Below, piece after piece: positions 8,971 to 19,425 of a stretch of 64,000 bases of DNA. The position numbers were made by a program, and so were the translations under genes. The notes under the pieces are model-generated. The model was not told the DNA's origin and did no database searches. It saw nothing but the letters and a program-made list of their open reading frames with translations. Numbering within the stretch: the stretch's first letter is position 1; the number at the start of each line of letters is the position of its first letter. Source of the stretch: an uncultured Methylomirabilota bacterium. Lineage in GTDB: Bacteria; Methylomirabilota; Methylomirabilia; Methylomirabilales; 2-02-FULL-66-22. The stretch is from contig CAWJSJ010000005.1 in the NCBI GenBank assembly GCA_963845565.1, forward strand, positions 352,001 through 416,000, written 5' to 3'.

Positions 8971-9437
8971 CCGACCCCAGTCTGATCGCCGATGATGACC
9001 TCACCCACCGCGACCGGCTCGTCGGAATCCGCCGGGTACCGTACCCGGCAGGCCACACCGATGGGCCGGCCGGTGTGGTCCACAAACACGTCATCGTGAT
9101 TTGCTGGTGATGGGCCATTTGCCGTCCGACCCTACAGAGGGTAGGGCAATTATCCGCCGTCGAGCCGTCGGAGAGGTGATCCACGTTCCAGCATGCCCCC
9201 CCGGCACCACCCTTGGTGCAATCGCGGCCGTATCTGAGGTCTCTCCTGCCATATCCTACCGATGCGTTTGAGCCCACCTGGGCGGTGTCATGGTGGGAGC
9301 GCGACCCGTAGATGCGAACGTCCGAGTGCAGAGAGATGGCGATGACAGTCCAGCAGGCCACCGCAGAGGTCTTTCTGACCGCGTTCAAGGCGCTGCCGCG
9401 GCGGGGGGCACCGCCCGGCACCGCTGTCGGGCGCCGC

Positions 9438-10532
9438 CTACTTCCTGACGACGTACCAGTTGTTCTGGATGTCGTGCGCGAGATGGTGGGTGTCAACGGT
9501 GCGGAAGCCCGCCTTCTGAAGGTACTCGCGCGTTTTTTCTTCGCCCCACATGGCGCCCAGCCCCTCCCCGCCCTGGGCCAGCGACACCGTCATGCAATGC
9601 ATGGTCGAAATCGCATAGAGGAAGGTGCCGATCGGGTGGTCGAGGTTGTTGTGGACGTGGCTCGATCCCCGGATGTCTTGCATCAGGTACACCCCATCCG
9701 CCTTGAGTGCGCGGTGGATTCCGCGGAGCACGTTGAGCGGCTTGGCCTGATCGTGAATCGCATCGAACGTCGTGATGAGGTCATAGGCGTTGGGCTCGGC
9801 CGTCTCATCGAAATCGCTCAGGTCGCGGGCGAGAAACTCGCCATTCGCCAGGCCCTTCTGCGCCGCCTCTTGCCGTGCCGCTCCGATCGCTTCGGATGAC
9901 AAATCCATTCCGACAAATCGGCTGCCTGGAAACAGTTCGGCCAGGCGATTCACAATTCGGCCGCCCCCGCACCCCACATCCAGCACGCGGATGCCGCGGG
10001 TGAGTCGGTCGGTCAACCCCGGGACCAGGGGCAGGATATGGGATTCCAGCGACGACAAGACCGACTGCCCGCTGTCCTCCGCCATGACCGCATGGAATCG
10101 CCGGAACTTCTCATAGGGGACGCCGCCGCCCTTCGTGAAGCACTCGACGATCTCATCCTCGACCGCGCCCAGCACGGCGATGTACTGCGTAAAGACGGCG
10201 ATGTTGTCCGCGGCGGCAACGCGCGTCAGGAAGGCGGCGTGCTCGGGTGGGAGAACGTACCGGGTGCTGCTCGGTTCAAGGTGGACGACCCCGGCCGTGG
10301 CCATCGCCCCCAGCCATTCGCGGACATACCGTTCGTTCAGTCCGGCCTTCGTCGCAATCTCGCCCGAGGTCGACGGTGGCAGCCCGCGCATCACATCGAA
10401 GATGCCGGTACGGTGGCCGACCGAGACCATCAGGCAGAGCGCGCCGTAATTGAGAGCGTTCAGCAGTTCGCCAGAGAAGGCCTCGGCCTTTGTCGAATCG
10501 AACCGGGTCTGTTCCAGGGTTGTCGTCGTCAT
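9438..10532 (-). CDS. Class I SAM-dependent methyltransferase with N-terminal winged helix (Rv2258c-like)
   Basis: GLNERYVREWL, VLDVGCGGG, FDAIHD, HCMTVSLAQGG; GGAGG RBS before ATG at 10532. Confidence 0.9.
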   Translation of the reverse strand: MTTTTLEQTRFDSTKAEAFSGELLNALNYGALCLMVSVGHRTGIFDVMRGLPPSTSGEIATKAGLNERYVREWLGAMATAGVVHLEPSSTRYVLPPEHAAFLTRVAAADNIAVFTQYIAVLGAVEDEIVECFTKGGGVPYEKFRRFHAVMAEDSGQSVLSSLESHILPLVPGLTDRLTRGIRVLDVGCGGGRIVNRLAELFPGSRFVGMDLSSEAIGAARQEAAQKGLANGEFLARDLSDFDETAEPNAYDLITTFDAIHDQAKPLNVLRGIHRALKADGVYLMQDIRGSSHVHNNLDHPIGTFLYAISTMHCMTVSLAQGGEGLGAMWGEEKTREYLQKAGFRTVDTHHLAHDIQNNWYVVRK

Positions 10533-10678
10533 GTTGCCCTCCTCCCTTTTCGATACTCTCCGTACCGCCCACCCGACGAGCTGCGGGCAGGCCCCTCGGG
10601 TGTCGGCGCGGACGGGCATTCGATCTGGCGACCAACCGCCTCCCGTCGCCATCAACGGCCCAGGACGGCAAGATGCCC

Positions 10679-12061
10679 TCATGGTTTGATGTTCTGGTTC
10701 AGATGGAACACGTTGTCCGGGTCGTGCCGCTTCTTGATGTCCGCCAGCCGCGCGTAGTTTGCACCATAGGCCGCCGTGACCCGGCCGGATTCATCCTCGG
10801 TCATGAAGTTCACATAGGTACCGCCCGATGCGTGCGGTGCAGTGGCATCGAAAAACGCCCGCGCCCACCCAATGCACGTCGCATCCTGCGTGGCATCGTT
10901 CCATCGCCCGTGCACGTTCATCACGAACCGTGCATCCCGGTGGCCGTACGCCATGGCGTCCGCCGGGATGCGATTCGCTGCGCCAGCGATGTGCGCGATA
11001 AAGATCTCGCACTGGGGCGAGGGAAGTTTCCGTGCAAACTCGATCATCGTGTCCAGGCTCTCATCGCGGAGTTCTCGGAAGTTGTGCGATTTCCAATAGT
11101 TCCTGGCGCCGGGCGTCAGCAGAGGGTCGAAGGCCTTCTGCCATTGCACGTATGGCTGCACGCCGATATGTTCGCCGTGCGCCTTGCCGAAGCGACGCAG
11201 GGGCGCGATCAGCTTCTCTCCTTCTCCGATATCCCCACCGTAAAAGACGGCCAACACCACAATTTCCTTGCCGTGCACCTCCTTGGGAAGAAAGGGCAAC
11301 GGCGGAGCCTGGCGAAGCACGCCCCACACGCTGAGCTCTTCGGGCGCCGATGCCACGAATTCGCGGTACTGCCTCAGCACCTGTTTGGCTTGTTCCAACG
11401 GAAAAACGATCAACCCGGCCAAGATCTGAGGTCCGACGGGATGAAGCGTGAATTCGAACTGGGTAACGACCCCGAAGTTGCCGCCGCCGCCTCGAAGTGC
11501 CCAGAACAAGTCGGCGTTCTCGCTCTCGCTCGCCCGGACTTTCTTGCCGTTCGCCGTGACCAACTCCACCGAGGCCAGGTTGTCGACGGTCATCCCGTAC
11601 TTGCGTGTCAGCCAGCCGAACCCGCCGCCCAGCGTCAGACCTGCAATGCCCGTCGTGGAATTGATTCCCACTGGCGTGGCCAGCCCGTGCGCCTGGATCG
11701 CTTCGTCGACCTCGGCCAAGGTGGCGCCGGGTTCCACATAGGCGCGCTTCTTCGCGGCGTCGACGCGGACGCTCTTCATGGGTGAAAGGTCGATCATCAT
11801 GCCGCCTTCGCACACGGCGTTGCCGGCGATGTTGTGCCCTGCGCCGCGGACGGAAATCTCGAGCCCGTTCTGACGGGCGCACTGGATGGCATGCGGAACG
11901 TCATCCGGTCCTTTGCACTGCACGATGACAGCCGGTCGGCGGTTGATCATCGCATTCCATACCTTTCGGACTTCGTCATAATTTGGATCGCCGGGGAGAA
12001 CGATCTGGCCCTTCACGTGGCGCTTCAGTTCCTCGATTGCGCGGTTGTTCAACGTTGCCAT
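10679..12061 (-). CDS. FAD-linked oxidase, berberine-bridge-enzyme (BBE) family
   Basis: RGAGHN covalent-FAD His motif, GGGGNFGVV, YVNF, KKRHDPDNVF. Confidence 0.93.
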   Translation of the reverse strand: MATLNNRAIEELKRHVKGQIVLPGDPNYDEVRKVWNAMINRRPAVIVQCKGPDDVPHAIQCARQNGLEISVRGAGHNIAGNAVCEGGMMIDLSPMKSVRVDAAKKRAYVEPGATLAEVDEAIQAHGLATPVGINSTTGIAGLTLGGGFGWLTRKYGMTVDNLASVELVTANGKKVRASESENADLFWALRGGGGNFGVVTQFEFTLHPVGPQILAGLIVFPLEQAKQVLRQYREFVASAPEELSVWGVLRQAPPLPFLPKEVHGKEIVVLAVFYGGDIGEGEKLIAPLRRFGKAHGEHIGVQPYVQWQKAFDPLLTPGARNYWKSHNFRELRDESLDTMIEFARKLPSPQCEIFIAHIAGAANRIPADAMAYGHRDARFVMNVHGRWNDATQDATCIGWARAFFDATAPHASGGTYVNFMTEDESGRVTAAYGANYARLADIKKRHDPDNVFHLNQNIKP

Positions 12062-12219
12062 TGGTACCCCCTTTCTCTACTTCCCAGTCGGGCGCGCTTG
12101 CGCCCGCACCTGCTTCTGGCAGAGACGGGTCAAACGGAACCGCAGTACCTCGCCACCGTCCACCGACCGCACATTGCGTTTTGCGGCGACGGCGGAGGGT
12201 CGCCGTTGTCTGACCTTGG

Positions 12220-13131
12220 TCAATCCCGTGGCAATCCCACCCCGACAACGAGGTGGGCCCGACCCAGCGTCGAGACCGGGGACAAATCCCCATGGCGCCT
12301 TTTCTCTCCGCCTCGCAGGGCAAGCCCCACACCGCCGAGAATCAGGACCGCTGCCAGAATCAGGCGCGTGGAGATCTCTTCCGAAAGGAACGCCACACCT
12401 CCGCCGGCCGCCAAGACGGGCACGGAGAGCTGAACCACCGCCGCTCGTGCGGCCGAGAGTCCGCGCAACGCGGCGTACCACAGGGCGTAGCCGACCCCTG
12501 ACGTCAGAGCGCCAGACACGACGGCAAGGAGCACACCCTCGGCGGATATACTGGAATGCCGGAGCGCGAGCAGGCCGAGCCCTGCCGCCAAGGGCAGCGT
12601 ACGAACGAAGTTCCCGGCGGTGTCGGCCAGCGGGTCGGCCACGCCGCGGCCCCGTAGGGAATACGCACCCCAGGCGCCACCCGCGGCGGCCATCAGAAGC
12701 GCTCCCGTCAGGGAGGGCGCCGCTAGCCCCGGCGAGGCCAGGTATCCCAGGCCGCCGAGCGCCATCAGCATCCCCGCCGACTCCCGAACGTCCGGTCGGG
12801 CGCCGGCCCAAACTGCCGTGAGGATCATCGTCGCCTGGACACTTCCGAACAGGATCAGCGCACCGGTCCCCGCGCTCACGTCAAGGTAGGCAAACGAGAA
12901 GGCCACGGCATAAAGAAACAGCCATCCCGCCGAGACCCAACTCCCGCTTGGCCGTACTCTCCCGCCCTCGCGGACCGCCAGGATCAGCAGCAATGCGGCA
13001 GCACCCGACGCCAACCGGATGGCCGAGAAGCTGCCGGCATCGATCACGGTCCCGCCCAGCGCCATGCGGCAGAGTACGGAGTTCGCCGCGAAGGCCGCAA
13101 GGGCCAGTCCTGTGCAATTGCCCGTCCGCAT
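12220..13131 (-). CDS. DMT/EamA family transporter
   Basis: AFAANSVLCRMAL, GALILFGSVQATM, TSGVGYALWY, AAVVQLSVP; about ten hydrophobic helices. Confidence 0.88.
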   Translation of the reverse strand: MRTGNCTGLALAAFAANSVLCRMALGGTVIDAGSFSAIRLASGAAALLLILAVREGGRVRPSGSWVSAGWLFLYAVAFSFAYLDVSAGTGALILFGSVQATMILTAVWAGARPDVRESAGMLMALGGLGYLASPGLAAPSLTGALLMAAAGGAWGAYSLRGRGVADPLADTAGNFVRTLPLAAGLGLLALRHSSISAEGVLLAVVSGALTSGVGYALWYAALRGLSAARAAVVQLSVPVLAAGGGVAFLSEEISTRLILAAVLILGGVGLALRGGEKRRHGDLSPVSTLGRAHLVVGVGLPRD

Positions 13132-13237
13132 CGGATTCCTTTTCCAGAGGCCGGCAGTCGTCCCATGGGAGAAACGAGCCTCGGACCTCCCTCTCGACCG
13201 CGGAAACGCTCGTAGCGGCGTTTTCGTTGCCCCGGCC

Positions 13238-13960
13238 TCAGATAAAGGGGGTCAACACGCCGGCGAAAATCAATGTCCCCGCCCAGACCAGGTCGAGGTT
13301 GAACCAGAGGGTTCGGAGCAGGCGCAACCCGAGCTTCTCGTAGACGAGAACGGCTATCAGTCCCATGACGACGAGGTATCCGACTGTGTGAGCGAGCGTC
13401 GCCGCGAGACCTGCAAGCTGGCCGTCCGGTAGAACGGAGACCAGCATCATGGAGTGCCCCCCGTGATCTATGTGTCCGACGGACGCGACGGCGGTGCTGG
13501 CATGAGCGATGCCGTGCGGCGATGCCGTGGATCCGGCGGCCGAGGGACCAGCAGTCATCCCCAGGACCAGCGGCAGGACCATCAACCCTGCTCCGTGAGC
13601 CGAGGCCATCAGAAATGACCACAGGGCGAGTTCCTTAGGCTTGACACGCATTCCACCGTAGCGAGGATGCCTACTCCGGACGAGCCGGTAAACGCCGAGT
13701 CCCGCCAGGACGGCGGCAACCACCCATTTCAGCGCGCCAAGCGGAAGGATAGACCCGGCCAGCATGGCCAGGAGGACCACTGCCCCAATGGCCAGGCCGT
13801 GCCCCAGGGCCAGGGGCCAGAGGGCGCGCCGGACGGCCGAGCCCTTTTGCTCCTGGAGCCCCAGGGCGACGGCGAAGAGCCATCCCATCCCGGGATTGAC
13901 CCCGTGCCAGGCCCCGAGCAGGAACAACCCGATCCAGGACCAAAACATCCCGTCGTCCAT
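13238..13960 (-). CDS. Integral membrane protein with a His-rich loop, directly downstream of the SBP56 gene
   Basis: GAWHGVNPGMGWLFAVALG, ALGH, MASAHGAGLM; GAGGT RBS; 8 nt after the SBP56 stop. Confidence 0.8.
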   Translation of the reverse strand: MDDGMFWSWIGLFLLGAWHGVNPGMGWLFAVALGLQEQKGSAVRRALWPLALGHGLAIGAVVLLAMLAGSILPLGALKWVVAAVLAGLGVYRLVRSRHPRYGGMRVKPKELALWSFLMASAHGAGLMVLPLVLGMTAGPSAAGSTASPHGIAHASTAVASVGHIDHGGHSMMLVSVLPDGQLAGLAATLAHTVGYLVVMGLIAVLVYEKLGLRLLRTLWFNLDLVWAGTLIFAGVLTPFI

Positions 13961-13968
13961 GACCCACC

Positions 13969-15375
13969 TCACGAGTAGCAGAAGGAATCGGACGAGCAGT
14001 CTCCGCCCTGGAGGCGAACCTGGTGGGCCCGCATCCCCGGGTCGCATCGGAGCATGAAGTTGCGATCGAGGGCGATGCCGCCCTCGGGATTGACATCCGC
14101 CTTCACCATCCAGCCCTCGATGCCGTCCGGATAGAACTGCTCGTCCACCGGGGAATAGAGGCCGTTGGTGAAGTAGAGCCGCCGCCCGTCGCGGCTCAAT
14201 TCCACCATCTGCGGGCCGCCGTTCAACGGGCGGCTCGCGTCGGCCGGGTGCGGCGTTCGCTTCACGATGCCGCCGATGCGGACGGAGCCGTTCAGTTTCG
14301 GGCGGAACGGATCGGACACGTCATACTGGCGAAGCTCGCCCGTTCCCCAGCACGAGACATAGAGGAACCGGTCGTCGAGGGAGAGGACGATGTCGCTGAC
14401 CAGCGGCGGAACGGCCTTGAAGGCCTTCAGCATGGGAGGCAGGTCCTCCTCGCTGGCGGGCTCGGGCGGAATGTCGATGACCTTGGTGATCTTCCAGTCG
14501 CCGCTTCCGTTTTTCCGATCCATGTGCCAGAGCCAGATGGAGGCGGTAAGATCTGTCAGAGAGATCACGCAGCTCACGAAGCCGTACGCCTTTCGCGGGT
14601 CATGAGCGGGCCGCAGCTCGAAGGGCATCTGGTACTGCGCCCCCAGGTCGAGGACCTGCTTGTGGGTCCGCTTGCGAAGATCCCACACGTGGAGCGCATG
14701 GCCATACCTGCCGTTGAGTAGGAGCTCGGGTTGCAATCCGGTCCGTACCATGTTCGGGGTGCCCCACTCGCTGGTGATCAGCGTGTCGTACCCCAGATGC
14801 CACCAGAAGTCGTATGAGAGGCGCTGCGGCCCGCGGTCTTTCTCCCAGGCGCCCTTCACGTCGAAGGTGTTGTGGTCCAGGATGAAAATGCCGCCGGGTC
14901 CATCGCCGGCTGCGTTACCCAGGGCGCTGACGTATATCGCATCCTCTCCGCAGTGGACCGTGTGGGGCGCGGCATAGCCGGTTTTCCTCGCGATGGTCTC
15001 GGCATCGATGACCTTCACCACCTGCGGACGCCGCGGATCGGGTTTGGTGTCGAGGATGTTGATGCGAGAAGAGTTGATGCCCGGCACGACTAGGTAGCGA
15101 CGCTCGACGTGGGGGTGGGGGGCGTAAGGGCAAAGGTGCGAGCTGCAGGCATTCCAGCCGAAGTGGTGGAGCTCGTCGCCCGCCTGCGGCATGTCCGTGC
15201 CCCCCACCAATTGCCCATAGCTCTTGGACCCAGCTGTCGTATCCACGACGCCGATGGCATCGGGCCGTTTCCCCGTCGGATCGAGGAGGGCCACATACGC
15301 CAGCTCCTCGGAGGGCGCCCCCATCGCATGCCGGGGGGAAGGGTAGAAGGTCGGATCGGGTCGAAGTGTCACCAT
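13969..15375 (-). CDS. Selenium-binding protein SBP56 / methanethiol oxidase family
   Basis: GDELHHFGWNACSS, PHTVHC, YDFWW, SEWG, GGPQMVELSRDGRRLY, GGDCSSD; no signal peptide. Confidence 0.93.
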   Translation of the reverse strand: MVTLRPDPTFYPSPRHAMGAPSEELAYVALLDPTGKRPDAIGVVDTTAGSKSYGQLVGGTDMPQAGDELHHFGWNACSSHLCPYAPHPHVERRYLVVPGINSSRINILDTKPDPRRPQVVKVIDAETIARKTGYAAPHTVHCGEDAIYVSALGNAAGDGPGGIFILDHNTFDVKGAWEKDRGPQRLSYDFWWHLGYDTLITSEWGTPNMVRTGLQPELLLNGRYGHALHVWDLRKRTHKQVLDLGAQYQMPFELRPAHDPRKAYGFVSCVISLTDLTASIWLWHMDRKNGSGDWKITKVIDIPPEPASEEDLPPMLKAFKAVPPLVSDIVLSLDDRFLYVSCWGTGELRQYDVSDPFRPKLNGSVRIGGIVKRTPHPADASRPLNGGPQMVELSRDGRRLYFTNGLYSPVDEQFYPDGIEGWMVKADVNPEGGIALDRNFMLRCDPGMRAHQVRLQGGDCSSDSFCYS

Positions 15376-15496
15376 CGCAGAGCCTCCTCTCGTCTGCCGG
15401 TCTCGATTCGAATCCTAGGCGGGTCATTCGCGACGCGGAATCGGTTCGCGTCACGCCCGGGCCTCCAGTAGCTCCGTCTGACGCATCGGGACAGAG

Positions 15497-15512
15497 AGCA
15501 GGCGGCGTGCCA
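15497..15512 (-). promoter_or_regulatory. sigma54 promoter of the SBP56 operon
   Basis: Minus strand TGGCACGCCGCCTGCT, near consensus, about 120 nt before the start and directly downstream of an enhancer-binding-protein gene. Confidence 0.85.
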
Positions 15513-15580
15513 GCGGAGAATTGGAGGGACTCCTCCAGGAAAAACAATGCATTACGAATCGGCGAAGGTGAGCAGGTTCC

Positions 15581-15634
15581 CGCGAGATGTCGCGCCGCCA
15601 CGAGATCTCACGGTGGAAACCGCGAAAACTCGCG
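15581..15634. promoter_or_regulatory. Three 14-bp palindromic candidate enhancer (UAS) sites
   Basis: CGCGAGATGTCGCG (15581), CACGAGATCTCACG (15599), CGCGAAAACTCGCG (15621). Confidence 0.7.
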
Positions 15635-15681
15635 ACTGGCCGTCGGCCCGACGCGACTGCGACAGAGGGCGACGAGAAGAA

Positions 15682-17625
15682 TCAGGTGTGTCCGTTACGG
15701 GTCATGCCGAGCGCTTTCAGCCGCGACCGCAAGGTCGAGGGGTTCATGCCGAGCAATCGAGCGGCGCCGCTTGCACCCTCCATACGCCACCCGGTTGCCT
15801 CCAGCGCGAGCAGCAGATTCCGTCGTTCCGCTTCTTTCAACTCGGCCTCGGTTTGAATGTGGACGGCGGCACCACGCGCCGCCTCCGGTTCGGGCGCGGG
15901 GACACTCTCCGCGGTCCGCGGCAGCGCGCGGTCGAGATTCAGCTGCCCGTCGCGCGCAGTGATGACGGCGCGCTCGATGACACTCTGGAGCTCGCGGACG
16001 TTTCCAGGCCAGTTATACGCCATCAGGCGCTGGAGACACTCCGGGGACAGCGGCTCGATCTGACGCCCCAGCTTGCACGCGGACCGCTTGGCGAACACGC
16101 AAGCCAACAGGGCGATGTCCTCGCCGCGATTTCGGAGCGGCGGGACGTGAATTGGAAAGACGTTGAGTCGGTAGTAGAGATCCTCTCGGAACTCGCCGGA
16201 CCGGACCCCCTGCAAGAGATCCCGGTTCGTCGCCGCCAGCACGCGGACGTCCACCTTCCGGGTACGCATGGCCCCGATGGGCTCGAACTCTTTCTCCTGC
16301 AAGACCCGAAGCAATTTGCCCTGCAGGTCCAGCGGCAGTTCGCCGACCTCGTCCAGGAAGATCGTCCCACCGTCCGCCAGCGCGAAACGCCCATGCCGAC
16401 TCTTCGCCGCTCCCGTGAAGGCCCCTTTCTCGTGGCCGAAGAGTTCGCTCTCCATCAGCGTCGCCGGTATCGCGGCGCAGTTGATCTTAATGAAGGGGCG
16501 GTCGCGCCGCGGGCTGGCGGCGTGTATGGCCCGGGCGACAAGCTCTTTCCCGGTGCCCGTTTCGCCGAGAATGAGGACCGTGGTATCGGCTGGGGCGACC
16601 TGATCGACGTCCCGCATGGTGCGCAGCAACGGCTCGCTGTGGCCGACGATGTCGTCGGTGTTGTGAAGGGTCTTGATTTCTTCCCGGAGGTACTCCGCTT
16701 CGGCCGACAAGGACCGGATCCGACGCTCCGCTTCCAAACGGTCGTCCACGTCGCGAAGGATCAGCGCATGGAAGGTGGCACGCTTCGTGGCGAACCGGGA
16801 CAGCGTCACTTCAGCGTGGAACGGCGTGCCGTCGAGGCGTTTCGCGTGGAGTCCTCCCGGAATCCACAAGCATTTGAGGCCTTCCGGGCGGCCATCCAAC
16901 TCGTGGATGGCCTGAGCGAGCTTGCGCTCGCTCCCGGGCATCAGGAATCGTCCGAGGTCTGCTCCGCCGGGTCCGCGGCCGGTGCACCCGAAGATACGCC
17001 CGGCGGCGGGATTGGCTCGGGTCACCCGGCAGTCCTCGTTGATCTCGATGACCGCGTCCATCGCGCTGTCGACGAGCCGGGAGAGCTTTTCGTCGCGCTC
17101 CCGCACTTCGGCCTCGGCCCGAAGTCTGCCGAGTTCCGCGGCCGCGCGGTCAGCGAAGATCCGAAACACGGCCAGCGCGCGCGGCTCGGCAGGCATCGGC
17201 CGTGTATCCAAGACCGCCAGGTTCCCGAGAATGCGGCGATCGGCGTCGAGCAACGGTACGCCCATGTAGCTCACGGCACCCAAACGCCTCAGCTCGGGAT
17301 CGTTCGGGTAAAGCGCGACGACGTTGTCCGGGTAGTGGACCAGCCCGACAGTTTCGATGACCGTCTCGCACGGTGTCCCATCGACGGCCATCTCCCAGCC
17401 CTCTATCCACTCTCCGCCCAGACGGAACGCGAGGGCTCGGAGCGTCCGAGTCGCCGAAAGATACTCGGTGACCCACGCCCCATGTGTCCCAAGCGCCCTG
17501 GCGAGACTCTCCACCAGTGCGGTGAAGAAGCGCTCGCCGGTCTCGGTCGCCGTGCCCTCAAGGATCGTGCGGAGCGCCGTGTCCTCGTCAAGAGCTTGCA
17601 GCGGATGCGACATAAGCTCTGGCAT
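15682..17625 (-). CDS. sigma54 enhancer-binding protein, GAF-PAS-AAA+-HTH (FhlA-like)
   Basis: [30 protein letters not shown]-terminal HTH; N-terminal GAF ([14 protein letters not shown]) and PAS. Confidence 0.93.
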   Translation of the reverse strand: MPELMSHPLQALDEDTALRTILEGTATETGERFFTALVESLARALGTHGAWVTEYLSATRTLRALAFRLGGEWIEGWEMAVDGTPCETVIETVGLVHYPDNVVALYPNDPELRRLGAVSYMGVPLLDADRRILGNLAVLDTRPMPAEPRALAVFRIFADRAAAELGRLRAEAEVRERDEKLSRLVDSAMDAVIEINEDCRVTRANPAAGRIFGCTGRGPGGADLGRFLMPGSERKLAQAIHELDGRPEGLKCLWIPGGLHAKRLDGTPFHAEVTLSRFATKRATFHALILRDVDDRLEAERRIRSLSAEAEYLREEIKTLHNTDDIVGHSEPLLRTMRDVDQVAPADTTVLILGETGTGKELVARAIHAASPRRDRPFIKINCAAIPATLMESELFGHEKGAFTGAAKSRHGRFALADGGTIFLDEVGELPLDLQGKLLRVLQEKEFEPIGAMRTRKVDVRVLAATNRDLLQGVRSGEFREDLYYRLNVFPIHVPPLRNRGEDIALLACVFAKRSACKLGRQIEPLSPECLQRLMAYNWPGNVRELQSVIERAVITARDGQLNLDRALPRTAESVPAPEPEAARGAAVHIQTEAELKEAERRNLLLALEATGWRMEGASGAARLLGMNPSTLRSRLKALGMTRNGHT

Positions 17626-18357
17626 GGTATCAGACCCCAGAAAGGAGTTACCTGGCAATCGCGGGTCATGTCTGTTTGCAGAAGCGAGTGAATTAGACGC
17701 CACCTATCCTTCAGCGTTTTTCCTTCGGCACGTGTCCACGCCAGGGGTGCGGTCTAAATCGGATCAGGAGGGGGAACCGCGCTGCGGTTGCGAACAGGGA
17801 ATGGAGAACGTCAGAAGACGCCGCGCCCCAACAGGCGGAAGGACGCGCGCGTACATTGCTTGCGGCTACCGGGTTCCACCACGGCAGAGGCTCGGCGCGT
17901 CCAGAATGTAACGTGGAAACCGCTGTAACCCACGGAAATCGCTCCGTCTCTAGTTCAAGACTATTATACTATGATTTATAATCTGTTAGCCGGGGATGTC
18001 AAGAGGAACCTGCGGAGGGGGGTGGGGAGATCGCTGGTTCGATGAACAGGACCCGCCCCCGGTTCCCTGAATAGATGAACGTGTGCACGCCACCATAGCC
18101 CACTGCCCGCTGAACCGCACAAACAGAAGCTTGTGTTTCCACGGAATTACACCGTGTGTTCCGGGCTCCCGGCACCAATCGCCATTGAACCCGCCATCGC
18201 CGTTCTTGGAACTCACAACGTTTTCAATTCTACTTGCCGGACGCATGAAGGCCGACCGGCCGTTAACCGCTTGACCCTTGACGGAACCCACGCGTATGCT
18301 ATGCGCCATCCCTTGGCATTTTTGGAGTTCCGGACATACGACCAGCAGGAGAGACGC

Positions 18358-19425
18358 ATGGCGATCGTGACGATTGTGGGGGCCGGGTTCATGGGGACGG
18401 GGACGGCGTGGCCGCTGGCGGACAACGGCCACACGGTGCGGCTGGTGGGGACGCACCTGGATGCCGAGATCATTGCCAGTTGCCAGGAGAAACGATACCA
18501 CCCAAAGCTTCAGCGGGAGCTGCCGGCGGGGGTTCGGGCCTACCGGGTTGAGGACGCGGCGCAAGCCCTCGACGGCGCCGAGATCATCGTCAGCGGCGTG
18601 AACTCTTCGGGGGTGCACTGGGTCGGGCGGACCATCGGGCCGCATCTGCGTCCCGGCCAGATGATCATCGCCATCACGAAAGGGCTGGAGCTGGACGCGA
18701 ACGGCGATCTCGCCATTCTGCCCGACGTCCTGAAAGGCGAATTGCCTGCCGCGATCCGCGAGAAGGTTTCGCTGGCGGCCATCGGCGGACCCTGCATCGC
18801 CGGGGAGCTGGCCGGACGGCGGCAGAGCTGTGTGCTGTTCGGCTGTCGAGACGGGGATGCGGTGGAGCGGCTGGCCGCGGCCTTCCGCACCCCGTACTAT
18901 CACATCTGGACGACCACCGACCTGGTCGGACTGGAATACTGCGCCGCGCTCAAGAACGCCTACACGCTCGGGGTCGGGCTGGCGCTGGGGTTGCTGGAGA
19001 AGTCGGGCGGTGTGGACGCCGCGGGCGCGCACATGTACAACCTGGCCGCGGCGCTGTTCGGCCAGGCTTGCACCGAGATCGAGCGGATGCTCCGGCTCGT
19101 GGGCGGCACGCAGGCCTTTGCGTACGGGCTTCCGGGAGCCGGGGATCTGTACGTGACGTGCATGGGTGGGCGGACGGTTCGGTTGGGAACGCTCCTCGGG
19201 AAGGGGCACACCATGCGCGAGGCACGCGAGATCCTGAAAGGCCTCACTCTGGAGAGCGCGGAGATCGTCCGGGTGATGGGGCAGGCCCTCCCGCGCCTTG
19301 TACAACGCGGTCTCCTCGGGCCGGAGGAGTTGCCGCTGATGCGAACGCTGGTCGACGTGGTGGTCCACGGGCGGCCCGTGGAGATTCTGTCGGACGCGTT
19401 CTTTGGTGGCATCACGCGTGTCTGA
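18358..19425 (+). CDS. gpsA: NAD(P)H-dependent glycerol-3-phosphate dehydrogenase family protein
   Basis: GAGFMG, ITKG, GGPCIAGEL, ALKNAY, GAGDLYVT; AGGAG RBS. Confidence 0.85.
   Translation: MAIVTIVGAGFMGTGTAWPLADNGHTVRLVGTHLDAEIIASCQEKRYHPKLQRELPAGVRAYRVEDAAQALDGAEIIVSGVNSSGVHWVGRTIGPHLRPGQMIIAITKGLELDANGDLAILPDVLKGELPAAIREKVSLAAIGGPCIAGELAGRRQSCVLFGCRDGDAVERLAAAFRTPYYHIWTTTDLVGLEYCAALKNAYTLGVGLALGLLEKSGGVDAAGAHMYNLAAALFGQACTEIERMLRLVGGTQAFAYGLPGAGDLYVTCMGGRTVRLGTLLGKGHTMREAREILKGLTLESAEIVRVMGQALPRLVQRGLLGPEELPLMRTLVDVVVHGRPVEILSDAFFGGITRV

Noticed and set aside
17930..17990. AT-rich tract as an attachment site or island boundary
   Set aside because: No integrase, tRNA or direct repeat found; more simply part of the divergent promoter region
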